DNA of 64,000 bases, taken from contig NC_073388.1 of NCBI RefSeq assembly GCF_028641065.1, positions 15,128,001 through 15,192,000 on the forward strand. Direction: 5' to 3'. Both the position numbers and the translations under genes were made by a program. The stretch is from Leucoraja erinacea (Eukaryota). The first letter of the stretch is position 1. The number at the start of each line of letters is the position of its first letter. Shown here piece after piece: positions 13,228 through 25,619 of this stretch. A model generated the notes under the pieces. That model ran no database searches, was not told where the DNA came from, and was given only the letters and a program-made list of their open reading frames with translations.

Positions 13228-13944
13228 ACATTAAGGTTGTTTGTTTCTATAGTCCGAAGGGATTTTACTCACTCCGAACATTGATTCCTTATTGTACTTT
13301 ATTTTGTTTGACGTTGTTTGCAATATATCACCAGCAAAAGTAGAAATGGGAAACAGTGACACATAAATTTTCCGAAGCATCACTGATAACAGCTTTCTTA
13401 TGACAAAGCTTTATTTTGTGAGAAAGTCCTTGGTCCAACATAGTTTTAGAAAGGTCAGCCAAGTTTAACGGGGACAAGGAAGGAAGCAATCTTAACTGAT
13501 TAAAAATAACTTCAGGAGGAATCACTCCTTGACCTAATAAATCCATGTCATTACTTTTCCTGAGAATGAACATGCAGAACAATGGTAGTCATTAGGTGTG
13601 TCACCCTAAAGATGGCAAATGCATATCATTTTGTTCCTCAGCAATTCCACTCCCAATATTAATTCATGTTGACCTATAAATGTCCATTGTCAGTTACTTC
13701 ATTTATTCACAATAGAAATTCTATCACCGGTAAATTGATTGTTCACAATTCATATCTGCCAGGGCTTTATTTGTTCTTAATAGGTTGAGCTCGTTCTTGT
13801 CATTGATTTACTTAGCTCTCTACATTTTCAAACAATGCTTTGCATTTACATCATGTGGTTTATTATCAAGGAAGATATTGAACTCTTTATATCAGGAAAT
13901 AGTTTTTACAATGGATGACCTTTCCATTTCTTCACTTCCAATAA

Positions 13945-15570
13945 GGCGGCATGGTAGAGATTGCTGCCTTACAGCGCCAGAGATCCACGTTCAATCTTGA
14001 CTACGAGTGCTGTCTACATGGAGTTTGTACATTCTCCCCGTGACCTGCTTGAGTTTTCTCCAGGAGCTCTGGTTTCCTCCCACACTCCAGAGCGTACAGG
14101 TTTGTAGGCTAACTCACATGGTCAAATGTAACTTGTCCCTGGTGTGGGTAGGATAGTGTTAGAATTCAATGCAATTCAATTCAATTCAACTTTAATGTCA
14201 TCGCACAAATACAAGTATGAGTACAACGAAATGCAGTTTTGCTTCAGTCCGTAGTAGTTGTACATAAAGAAAAAAAAAAAAAAAATAGAAAGAGAGAAGA
14301 TACAGAATAATCAAGAAATACAGAATAATTAAACAATGGGGACGGAGGGACCAGAGAAATCTATCGGCGGGACTCCGAGTTCAGCAATGTGATTGTATTG
14401 TTGTAGAAGCTGTTCCTCATCCTACTAGTACGTGATCTGAGGCTCCTGTACCGCCTCCCTGATGGGAGGAGGGCAAACAGTCCATGGTTGGGGTGTGAGG
14501 GGTCTTTGATGATCTTCCCAGCCCGTCTCAGACACCGTTTTCAGTGGAGGGCATCCATGGCAGGGAGCGGGGCACCGATGATGTGCTGCACGGTTTTCAC
14601 CACCCGTTGTAGTGCCTTCCTGTCCGCAGCAGCGCAGCTGCTGTACCATACCGTGAAGCAGGTGGTCAGGATACTCTCTATGGTACAGCGGTAAAAGTTG
14701 GTCAGGATCCGGGGGGACAGGTGGGCTTTCTTGAGCCTCCTCAGGAAGTAAAGGCGCTGCTGTGCCTTTTTGATCAGCTTGGAGGTGTTGAGGGACCAGG
14801 ACAAATCCTCCGAGATATGTACTCCGAGGAATTTATAGCTGGAGACGCGCTCCACCTCAGTCCTGTTTATATGGATGGGGGTATGACTGCCTCCTCTGGT
14901 CTGCTTGAAGTCAACAATAATCTCCTTCGTCTTCTTGGAGTTGAGGACGAGGTTATTGTTGGCACACCAGGCTGTCATGTGCTGGATCTCCTCCCTGTAG
15001 GCTGACTCATCGTTGTCGCTGATCAGTCCTACTACCGTGGTATCGTCAGCAAACTTAATAATGGCGTTGGATCCGTACTTTGGGATGCAGTCGTGGGTGA
15101 AGAGGGAGTAGAGTAGAGGGCTGAGCACACAGCCCTGTCGCACTCTGGTGTTCAGTGTTATAGTGGAGGAGGTGAGATTATTGACCCTAACAGACTGTGG
15201 TCTGTTAGTAAGGAAGTCCAATGTCCAGTTGCAGAGGGAGGTGGAGATGCCAAGTCCACTGAGTTTGGTGATCAAGCTGGTGGGGATGACGGTGTTAAAG
15301 GCAGAGCTGAAGTCAATGAACAGCAGCCTGATGTAGGAGTTGTTGTAGTCCAGGTGGGTCAGGGCAGAGTGTAGGGCCACCGATATGGCGTCCTCTGTAG
15401 ACCTGTTGGTCCGGTAGGCAAACTGATGGGGGTCCAGTGTGGGGGGTGAGGCATGCTTTGAGGTGAGCCAAGATCAGCCGCTCAAAGCACTTTGCAAATG
15501 CGGAGATTGCTGGTCGGCGCGGACCAAAGGGCCTGTTTCTGCTCTGTATCTCTAAACTAAACTAACCTAA
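13945..15570 (+). mobile_element. HE1/V-SINE split by a Rex1 insertion (13945-14160 and 15496-15570)
   Basis: Head and core precede 14160; the tail AAGGGCCTGTTTC...TCTCTAAACTAAA follows 15496. Confidence 0.8.
14162..15495 (-). mobile_element. Rex1/Babar-type LINE, 5'-truncated
   Basis: ORF 14541-15380(-): [35 protein letters not shown]. (TTGAA)n tail at 14162-14190. Confidence 0.92.
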
Positions 15571-15965
15571 GCTGGATAGAGGTTTTTAAAATGATGAGAG
15601 GGATAGACAGAGTTGGCGTGGAAAAGCTTTTCCCACTGAGAGTAGGGAAGATTCAAACAAGGGGACATGACATGAGAATTAAGGGACTGAAGTTTAGGGG
15701 TAACATGAGGGGGAACTTCTTTACTCAGAGAGTGGTAGTTGTGTGGAATGAGCTTCCAGTGAAGGTGGTGGAGGCAGGTTCGTTTTTATCATTTAAAAAT
15801 AAATTGGATAGTTATATGGATGGGAAGGGAATGGAGGGTTATGGTCTGAGCAGCAGGTATATGGGACTATGGGAGATTATGTGTTCGGCACGGACTAGAA
15901 GGGTCGAGATGGCCTGTTTCCGTGCTGTAATTGTTATATGGTTATATGGTTATATGGTTATATGG
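15571..15965 (+). mobile_element. CR1 LINE 3' end with (TTATATGG)n tail
   Basis: MRGIDRV...TRGH...NFFTQRVVVVWNELP, ending in an 8-bp tandem tail. Confidence 0.9.
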
Positions 15966-16229
15966 GTCTCGAACCAAAACTTCAGCCATCCCTTTGCTGC
16001 CAGAGATCCTACCTGACCTGTTGAGAGTTTTTCCACCAGTTTGGTTTTTTTTTTTTGTTCCAGATTACAATATCTGCTTCCCTTGTGTCTTGATTTTTGT
16101 TATTGCTGAAGTTGGGGAATTACAGCACTTGCCGTCTCTTGGGGCTTGTTTGTTATTGCTGAAATTCACTTTTTCTGTTTTCGGGAATTTTAGGCAGAAT
16201 AAGGCCATTTGTCATAAATTCATGTTCAT

Positions 16230-17095
16230 AAATTCTAGGAGCAGAATAAGGTAATTTGGCCCACCAAGCCTTTCCTAAACTTTCTATACTTTTACAATCA
16301 AATTGAATCTTTTCTATTGAATTCCAGTAGTTACAAGCCTAGCCAGGCAAATCCTTTCTCACAAGATAACAGCTCATTCCACATTTAGTCATTTTTCTAA
16401 GAGTTGTTTGCAATGCTTCAATGTCCTTCCTTAACTAAAGAGACCGCTACTTTACATAGTAGCCCAGAAGTGGACTCAATAATGTCCTACGCAGCTGAAG
16501 TATAACCACATTTTATATTCAATTTATCTCGCCATAAACAGCAACATCCTAATTGCACATATACCTGAAACCTGGCCATTGTTGAGTCACGTTCTTGGAT
16601 GCCCACACCCCCTGCACCTCAAAGCTCAGAAGTCTTTCACATTTTGATAATATGTTTCTTATTTATTTTTCCTACGCAATTGGGCAATTTCATATTTTTC
16701 GACATTATCATCTATTCTTCAGGTTTCACAATCAGAGGTTTTCCCAAGTGAATTGTCAGCCGTGGGGGAACAGAGGGTGATCGGGTCATGAGGAACAGCT
16801 GCTGGGCCAACCAGGGAATGTAATGAATGACTTCCAACAGCCATGACGATCTTTGTGTATGAAAGCGTGAATCCAGTCACTACAGAGTTTCAATAATAAA
16901 TCAAGTTTTGTTGAGGCTTCTGGTGCAATGTTTAGTTGAATGAGTCTTAATGTGGAAGATAGCTTCTCTTGCCTCTTTTCAAGCTTTCAGTTCTTGCCTC
17001 AAGACGGTGACAAAGCTAAGAATTAAGTGATTCTGTTGGAGTTAAAATTAGCATTGCACCTGGGCATGACTGGACTAAAGTGCCGATTATGACTT
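16230..17095 (-). mobile_element. Highly decayed CR1-like LINE fragments
   Basis: Weak reverse-complement similarity to CR1 3' motifs seen elsewhere in the window; boundaries uncertain. Confidence 0.45.
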
Positions 17096-17636
17096 TCTCG
17101 CTGCTACTCTGGCTGCTAGAGTTTTTTTTCCTCTTTTCTTTCAGATCATTGTAATGGGATTTTATGCATCATTAGCCAGAGGTTACATTTATTTAATTAT
17201 GTGTTGAATGAATGAATCCAAATGAGATGTATTTCACTTTAATCTCCAACGCACTATGCTGGGCCGGCTAGATAAATAAAAGAAAGATGATTAAAGAAAT
17301 ACACGGAGGCAAGAACTCATAAATGGCCAGTCAAATGAGGAAATTTGTTCTTCAAAACATCACGTAATATCTCCTCGAACTTGGACTTCACAGATATTAT
17401 CACAGAGGGAAAGCTTTTCACAACCTCTGCTTATCGCTTGATCAAAATGAATCTTTGCCATGCCTTCATCTTCACCCCTCTGTTGATTAAGTCTGACAGT
17501 CACAATTAATTTCTTATCTCACATAGCCATCTCCACTCAATGCAGGGTAAAAGTAAAGCGAGAATCTTAATGATAATGTCCCAATGAGTTTGCGTGCTGG
17601 TGAGGATACGAAAGTGTTGAAGCTAGTGAAACTTGA

Positions 17637-18131
17637 GGCGGCATAGTGGCACAGCGGTAGAGTTGCTGTCTTAGAGTCGCTGCCTCCACTATCTTTAACC
17701 AGGCTTTACTGGACTTTATCTTACACTAAATTTTATTCCCTTTATCCTCTATCTGTACACTGTGGATGGCTCGATTGTAATCATGTATAGTTTTACCGCT
17801 GACTGAATAGCATGCCACAAAAAAGCTTTTCACTGTACCTTGGTACATGTGCCCATAAAGTAAACTAAACTTACGGGCCAGAGACCTGGGTTCGATTCTG
17901 ACTATGGGACTGTCTATACGGAGTTTGTACATTCCCCCCGTGACTGCATGGGTTTTCTCCGGGTGATATTTCCTCCCACATTCCAAAGGCATGCAGGTTT
18001 GTAGGGTAATTGACTGTATATTATTCCCAGTGTGCAGGATAGATCTAGTGTACGGATGATCATGGTTAGCGTGTACTAGATGGGCTGAAGGGTCTGTTTC
18101 CACTCTGTGTCTCTAAACTAAACTAAACTAA
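17637..18131 (+). mobile_element. HE1/V-SINE with a nested Rex1-type 3' UTR (about 17680-17870)
   Basis: SINE head is interrupted by CTGTACACTGTGGATGGCTCGATTGTAATCATG...AAAAGCTTTTCACTGTACC, the same 3' UTR as 47710-47880. Confidence 0.8.
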
Positions 18132-19099
18132 ATATATTGATTTGCTGCCTTCAAATCATCAATATCCACATTCAGTTACACTCCTTCCACTCAACCACAC
18201 TTGGAAAAATAAATTGTCAATTGCCATCCATTAATTACTCAAGGTTTCATGTTAGATGATAGCAAACATTCTACAGTCTTCACAAAGCTGGTGCACTACC
18301 TGTTGGATTTGGTGGCCACTTGTTATCAGTGGTTGCCAAACTCACCACTACCTTCAATGTTTTACCTATGGGCAGGGCAGTGTCAGATGTATTCAACATG
18401 TCCGAGTTGATAATACAAAAGTACATGAGACATGTATGTTGTCAGAAACAAGGGCCACCATCATTTTGCAGCTGGCGTGGAATGACAGAAAGATGCTAGT
18501 CAGCAGATCACAGGACATCCATTGCAGCAGTCCAGGGTCCCTAATCATACCTGGGAACAGACTGAAGGTGTAACTGTAGGCAAGCAGGTTCCTCACAACA
18601 AACTTAGCTTATGACACTCACTGGAAACCCAACAATTAAGCCTAAAAGAACTGCAATGAATACCATGTCAATACCAGATGTGTATACTCAACAAATCTTG
18701 CACCAAATGTTATTCCCCTCATCCTGTATCTGTTCACTGCGGACACCTTCATTTTAAACACATATAGTCTTTTCACTGACGGCATTGCATGCAGCAAAGA
18801 TACTTTTCTTTGTGCCTCGGTACACGTGACAATAATAAACTCAACTCAACAAACCAAATCATCAGCATATTTTTACTACATTGAGTATTTTGATCTGATT
18901 TTACCAAACTAGAAATGAAAGAGCTAATAGCTGAGGCACTAGATAGGTTAACAATTGATAGCAAGGAAATATTAGAAAGGTTTACCACTACCTCACCTAC
19001 TCATTCCTTGCTGAAGGAAATGTCGGGAGATGAGTCACTGATCAGGTGATACCCAACATGTTATTGTAGCCATGCTAATGCAACTCAGTTATTGCTATA

Positions 19100-19860
19100 T
19101 AGTCAGCCAAATTGGTCCATGCCTACCAATACGTCTATTTAAGCTAGTCCCATTTACCTGCTTTTGGCCCATATCACTACAAACCTTTCATGAACTTTTC
19201 CAATATTTTTTTAAAGCATTATAGTACCTGACCCTACAGCTTCCTCTGGCAGCTTGTTTCATGGTTTTCTCTGAGATCCTCGGTTTACTCCCACACTCAA
19301 AAGACGTACAGGTTTGTAAGTTGATTGGATTTCTGTAAATGTAAATTGTCCCCAGTGTGTGTAGGATAGTGTTAATAAGCAGGTATCGCTGGTCGACTCA
19401 GTGCGCTGTATCTCTTAACTAAAAAAAACCTACACAATACTCCAAGCGTAGTCTCATGGATTACATGTACAGTCGTAACATAATGTCCCAGCTCTTGTAC
19501 TCATTACCCTGACCAACACATGCAAGTGTGTCAAATACCTCTATGCCACACTGTGTACATATGTTGTCACTTTCAAGTAACTATGCATCCGTAAACACCC
19601 TTAGAAGGGGGATTAGGAGGAATTTCTTTAGGGTGGTGAATCTGTGGAAATCATTGCCACAGATGGCTGTGGAGCCTAAGGCATTGGGTATGTTTAAAGT
19701 GGAGAATGACGGATTCTTGATTGGCAAGGGTATCAAATGGTGACCAAGGGAGAAGGCATGGGAAAGACGTTGAGAGGTAAAGATAGATCAGCCGTGATTG
19801 AATGACGGAGCAGAAGCGATGAGCTGAATGGCCTAATTCTGCTTCTAGAACCTGTGATCA
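19100..19860. mobile_element. Cluster of CR1 3' fragments (both strands) and a partial HE1 SINE (19262-19425)
   Basis: VVNLWKSLPQMAVE CR1 motif; SINE core and tail. Confidence 0.7.
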
Positions 19861-20438
19861 TGTATCCCTTGGTCTTTTTCCTACAACACTGTCCAGGCTG
19901 TGTAAGTCCAAAGCAGGTTCCCTTCTTGTTTTTGGCAACCTCCAGAACAAAGATGATGATGATAATAAATTCAGCAAATGTCAACGCTGGGTAGATAGAT
20001 TTTCTTTTATTGCACCTGCTCAGCATCAGTCATGTGTGTGCCTTGAATGTTATATGCCATTTCCCAGAGAAGCTTGAATGTTGTTTGAGACTTGCGGCAA
20101 TTTAGCTTCTTCTTTATCTGAGGAATTGTGAATGGAATGGAACACTGTGCAGCCCACAGTAAACATTCCTATTGATGGCCAAATATTTGAAGAAAGGTCA
20201 CTGATTAAGTCACATAAGACGATTGTGCAGAGAATATTTGCACCAAAATCCTTTACTGAGGTGATCAGCCTCCAACAACCACAAATATCATCCTTTGGAA
20301 TAATTATGGTCCATCCAGTGTAGTCCTTCCCTGGCTAATAATGTTTCCAACTTTATCCAGACAGTTACATATGTCATAGTCATGCAAAGGGAAATTTAAG
20401 GGCAGTCATTCACACCTGACCACCCTCTATGAAGAAGA

Positions 20439-20945
20439 TGTCACAGTCTGCCCTCTCCTCATTCTCATCCACTTCACCTCCCGGTACTTTTCCACCGGTC
20501 CCTCCTTCTCCTCACCTGCCTGCCACTCCCCTTTCATCAGCCCAACTCTCCTCAACTGTTGCACTCAGTTGCCTCTGATCACCAATTAGCCCGGTATATA
20601 GACTCTCCTCACCGTTCACACAGTGCCAGATTGTTCTCAGCATTCATGCAAGACTCTCCAGCGACTTCTCGACTTCCTGCCTGGCTTCGACTCTCCTTTC
20701 GTCTGTCCCTCGTTGGTTTGTTTGCATCGTGTGTTGGATCTCCTGGTTACCGGACTTTCCGCTACCCCGACTACGTCTCCTGCCTGCCCCTCTTCGGAAC
20801 CCTCGCTCAATCCTGAGCCTCTGTGTGAGTACGGTGTACCCATTCCTGTGTTACTACTCTGTGTTACAGTTTCGTAATAAAGTTCATTACCAATTATACC
20901 TGCCTGATTCTGTGCTGCTATTGGGTCCAAGCTATACCCGTTACA
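20439..20945 (+). mobile_element. Solo LTR, 507 bp (Gypsy-like or other LTR group)
   Basis: TGTCAC...GTTACA termini, 5-bp TSD GAAGA (20434-20438, 20946-20950), TATA-like TATATA near 20595 and AATAAA near 20876. Confidence 0.88.
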
Positions 20946-20950
20946 GAAGA

Positions 20951-21350
20951 GGGTGGCACAGTGGTGCAGCGGTAGAGTTGCTGCCTTTCAATGCCAGAAA
21001 CCCATGTTCGATCCTGACTACGGTTGCTGTCTGTACGGACTTTGTACGTTCTATCCATGACCCCGTGGGGTTTCATTGGGTGCTTCAGTTCCCTGCCACA
21101 CTCCAAAGACAAGTTTGTAGGCTGAAGAAGGGTTTCGGCCCGAAACGTCGCCTATTTCCTTCGCTCCATAGATGCTGCTGCACCCACTGAGTTTCTCCAG
21201 CAATTTTGTGTACCTTCGATCTTCCAGCATCTGCAGTTCCTTCTTGAACAAGTTTGTAGGCTAATTGGCTTCTGTAAATTGTCTCTAGCTGGATGATTGA
21301 TGGTCGGCGCCAACTCGGTTGGCTGAAGGGCCTGTCTCTGCATTTTATCT
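20951..21350 (+). mobile_element. HE1/V-SINE with a nested hammerhead element
   Basis: A box, B box GTTCGATCC, core and tail; interrupted at about 21121-21250. Confidence 0.85.
21122..21154 (+). ncRNA. Minimal (Penelope-type) hammerhead ribozyme motif
   Basis: CUGAAGA 21122-28, extra A, stem II GGGU-UUCG-GCCC, GAAA 21142-45, palindromic ACGU, GUC site with cleavage predicted after 21149. Stem I is imperfect. TSD ACAAGTTTGTAGGCT at 21109-23 and 21248-62. Confidence 0.7.
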
Positions 21351-21749
21351 TGAGTCTAATGTGTCCCGACCTGAAACATCACATGTCCATGTTCTCCAGA
21401 GATACTATCTGATGCTTTGAGTTACTCCAGCTCTTTGTGTCTGTTCTTGGTGCTGAATGGCTCTGGTAGAATTGAGACTGGGCAATCACAAGCTGACGAC
21501 TGGTATGCAAATACTGCTGCACATCATGGGACCTCTGACTGTGTCAAGCGACTAGCTACTAGTCTATTGTCAAATAAGCTACCAGAATAATGTCAGATGC
21601 TCAGTATTGGTACAAACACTAAGATGCCAGCGGGGAGGACTTTGCAGGTTCCTCTGAGATGGTGCGCTACTAAAAGGCCCCCAGAACCTAGATAAATATA
21701 AAGTAGTTTGCCTTAATTAGCCTTGATTTTTATTGCAGTTTAATATAAC

Positions 21750-22045
21750 CGAGTGGCTTGCTTGACAAATCCAGAGGAGAGTTAAAAGTCACTCATCCAG
21801 ATGCGAGTCTGGAATCACATATAGCTATGCATGGTAGAGTTCCTTCCCTGAAGGATGTCAGTGAATCAAATGAAGTATGAAGATAAATCATTTGTTTCAT
21901 AGTTACCATAAATGATTCTGGTTTTTATTTAAGATTTATTTGAATTAATTTTTAATTTCCCCGATTGGGAATTTGAACTCGTGTCTTTAGATCATTAATC
22001 ATAACCTCTAAATTAGAAGTCCAGAAATATATCTAATAGGCATCT
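21750..22045 (-). mobile_element. Ancient SacSINE1/Deu-SINE-like element
   Basis: GTCTGGAATCACATATAG, TTCCTTCCCTGAAGGATGTCAGTGAA and GGAATTTGAACTC (reverse B box) match the recalled chondrichthyan SINE. Confidence 0.6.
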
Positions 22046-23014
22046 ACTTACAAGTTTGTAATGTGCTCAGGTATTGTAATGCATCCAAATCTTGCCCATT
22101 GCCGTTTATTGGTTGGCAAACCTAGAAATAAAATGAGATAAACACAATATATTTTCCAACACCTACCAAACCCCCACCTCCTATATATTCTACCCTTCAT
22201 ATCACCTCTCCCAGCATATGATAAAATAAATGTCTTAATCTCCAACTTTAGCATGGAAATTCACATTTTCCAGGCATAACATGCTATATCAGTAATATTT
22301 CCATCAAAGATTTAAAGACTGGTTCATACATTCAGTGAATGGTCAAAGGTGAAAGTGTGTTGAATCATTTAAGATGTCAAATAAAGGAGTAACAACAATC
22401 CATTCATCATTTGTATTTGCTCTAATGTGTGAGTGCACCTTTGATTTAATCAGAACAATACATGTCCTTTTCCCTGATCCATATTCCACAACTAGTGCTA
22501 AATCAGGAATTGATTTAATCCCTTTTGAGCTATAATTCACTGGACCAAGTGAATTTGATAGGCCACACAAAGGAGTTATTTTCTCTTGTGCTATATAAGC
22601 TACTGGTGCCTTGAGCTTACAGTATAATCACCTGCTCTGTTCTTGATATTCCTGGTGTCCACCAAATAATTCTCTCTATCCATCTTGTCAATTCTTGTGT
22701 GTTGTTTCTCAGTCGTTTGGTATGCACTGCACCTTGCCTCGATGAAAGCAAGGGTCTGACATTATCAGTCTGCAGAAGCAACAATACTTTGGAAACTACA
22801 ACTTTGTTGTCAAAGTTTTAACAAGACTGACTGAAGCGTTAAGAAAATCAGCAGATGGAAGTAACGGAGAAACTGTGACTGCTGGCATATTCTCCAGTGT
22901 GGCACATTATATAAGACATAAAAAATGTTATTTGGGTACTGGTTGTAGTGTTGTCCTGCATAAATACAGGTACCACCTGCTGAACCAGAACCAGTTGTAC
23001 CCGAAGTCTTTAGT

Positions 23015-23310
23015 AACCCATAGTCCGTGAAGGTCGTGGACACAAACAGGATTAACAAACTCATCAGGATGGCTGGCCCCATCCTTGGGATGGAGTTGGA
23101 TTAATTGGAGGTGATCTTGGAGGGGAGGATGCACCTCAAACCGCAGAGCACCTTGGACAATACAGTTCACCCCCTCCATGACACACTGGTCAACCTGAGA
23201 AGAACCTTGAGCAACAGACTGGGTCCACAAAGATGCAGTGCAGAATGCCACAGGAGATCCATTTGCTTGTGGCTATCAAACTGTATAACTCCTCCCCCTT
23301 CTGTGGTGGG
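23015..23310 (+). mobile_element. Rex1-like LINE C-terminal fragment
   Basis: Translates to LDNTVHPLHDTL...RCSAECHRRS, matching the HP-H...R-S-FP region of the other Rex1 copies. Confidence 0.6.
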
Positions 23311-23529
23311 ATAGACTGAGACTGACTGCCCTCTGCTCCCCCCCTCCCCCTTTGATCGTGTGGGTGGGGAGGGTGGGCGGAACTGGAAGCAGGAAAAAAT
23401 AGGACAAATCAGGGTTAACAACATATTACCTCAGGCAAGGAGGTTCCTGGCCATTTCCCTCTATTGATGCTGCTTGAACCACTGAATTCCTCCAGCAATT
23501 TGTGTTTTATTCAAGATTCCAGCATCTGA

Positions 23530-24790
23530 AGCAGGTGCGGAAGAGGTTTACCAGAATGGAATAATACCCTGGATCAGAGGGTATTAGCTAGAAGATGAGT
23601 TTGGGCAAACATAGGGGCCTGTCCCACGGGCATGTGACCTGCATGCGGCAAGTGTGACCTAAAGGGCCGGTCCCACTTCGATCACCTGAGTTTTACGGAG
23701 CTGGTCCCGACATCGCGCGGGGCTCCAAAACACTGTTTAAAAATTCCGCGCGGCAATGGCCTGCCGGCCCACAGCCGCCTCGATGCCGTGTCACTCACTC
23801 GACCTCCACGTGGCTCAAGCTTCTGGTTTGGTATCGCTTGCCGTATGCCGTACGGCTCAAGCGACCATGTTAGGTCGCGCTTGCCGCATGCAGGCTCATG
23901 CTGGTGGGACCGGCCCTTTAGGTTGCGCTTGCCGCATGCAGGTCGCATGCCCGTGGGACAGGCCATTCAGATTGTTTTCTCCAGAATGTCGGCAGTTGAG
24001 GGGAGATCTGATAGAAGTATTGTCTCAGGGTGGAACCTTTTTCTCAAGGTGCAAATGTTAAAGAATAGACAACTTTGCTTTAAGGTGAGAGGGGCAAAGT
24101 TTAAAAGAGATTTGTGGGGTACCGTTTTTACACAGAGAGTGGTGAGTGCATGGACTGCACTGCCACAGTTGGCCATGGAGGCAGATATGACAGTAGTATT
24201 TAAGAGGCTTTTAGATAGGCATATGGATATGCTAGTAATGGAAGACATGGATTGTGTGTAGGAGATTAGGAGATAAAGATTAAGCCTAGGAGATTAGTTT
24301 AATTTGGCATTGTGTTATAAACTGAGAGAATGGAACGGCTGGGCCTGTATACTTTGGATTTTAGAAGGATGAGAGGTGATCTTATTTATACATATATTAA
24401 GGGTTTGGACACGCTAGAGGCAGGAAACATGTTCCCGATGTTGGGGGAGTCCAGAACCAGGGGCTACAGTTTAAGAATAAGTGGCAAGCCATTTAGAACA
24501 GAGACAAGGAAACATATTTTCACACAGAGAGTTGTGAGTCTGTGGAATTCTCTGCCTCAGAGGGCGGTGGAGGCAGGTTCTCGGGATACTTTAAAGAGAG
24601 AGCTAGATAGGGCTCTTAAAGATAGCGGAGTCAGGGGATATGGGGAGAAGGCGGAACGGGGTACTGATTGGGGATGATCAGCCATGATCACATTGAATGG
24701 CAGTGCTGGCTCAAAGGGCCGAATGGCCTACTCCTGTACCAATTGTCTATTGTATTCGCCGTGGACTATGCGGGCCAAAGGTGTTATGTT
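23530..24790 (+). mobile_element. Two nested CR1 3' fragments (younger copy about 24325-24752)
   Basis: FRRMRGDL, TRGYSLRI, FTQRVVSLWNSLPQRAVEA, with a TGTCTATTG tail. Confidence 0.85.
23614..23966. mobile_element. PIF/Harbinger-type MITE with reiterated terminal unit
   Basis: About 60-bp TIR GGCCTGTCCCACGGGCATG...CCTAAAGGGCCGGTCCCAC and its reverse complement; inserted in a CR1 fragment. Confidence 0.8.
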
Positions 24791-25619
24791 CTATATGTTC
24801 TCTTACACACAAGTTGCAGCATAGAGAATAGTCCTCACCAAAGATCACTCTGTCCTTCTTGCAGGGCACATCTAATTGCCTGTGCAACTAAAACAATCAC
24901 TCTATTGCTAGGTCTACAGTGTGATGCACCCAACCATCACAATGTGAAGCTGAAATGATCTAAGACCACCTTTGTACAACCAGGGGTGAGATTTCTTAGT
25001 CTGAAAGCGGATGCCAATGAGCTGATTGATTGATTTATTTATTTTATTTTTTACAGCCTAGGTTGATGTTATATTAAAAGAAAAATAAGCGGAGAACACA
25101 GATTTATGATCCTTTTTATTTCAAGTTGTTCGCTTGCTCCGGTGATGATTGCCACACCATTGGGCTGGCTGAATTCTTAAGAAGAATGAGAAATGGAAGT
25201 GGATTGAAATTCAACAAAAGCATTTGATCAATGTAAGCACAGTTTGAGTACCAAGTCTCTGCTTGTGCTCTCAGACACAGTGAGTAGTTTGCCATGTTGC
25301 CTCAAGTTATACTGCAGCATAAGCACTGCCATCACTTGCGATATGGATGACGGGCAGAAATACCAACAGCATTTCCTTTCGCTTATTCGCAGCAAGAGCA
25401 AATAAAACTGTACACAATCCGAAAAGGAAGCACCAGCAACTCTAAACGATGCCCAGTGGAAAGAAAGTGCATCAGATCCTGCCGGCTAGACCCTTTATTC
25501 TTTTTATAAAGGAGCACAAATTGGCAATCCTGGGCCCCAAAGCAACAATTCCAATTAGAGGCATCTTCCATGGTGTAGCAATGGACAGCATTATTCTAAC
25601 AGCATAATTATTCTATACC

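Noticed and set aside
13270-13606. Possible minus-strand host exon (TTTAG acceptor, GTGAGT donor, 84-aa ORF)
   Set aside because: The ORF stops before the donor, the peptide has no recognisable family and no partner exons were found.
22343-22570. 75-aa minus-strand ORF in unique sequence
   Set aside because: Non-ATG start, no recognisable motif, and a length expected by chance.
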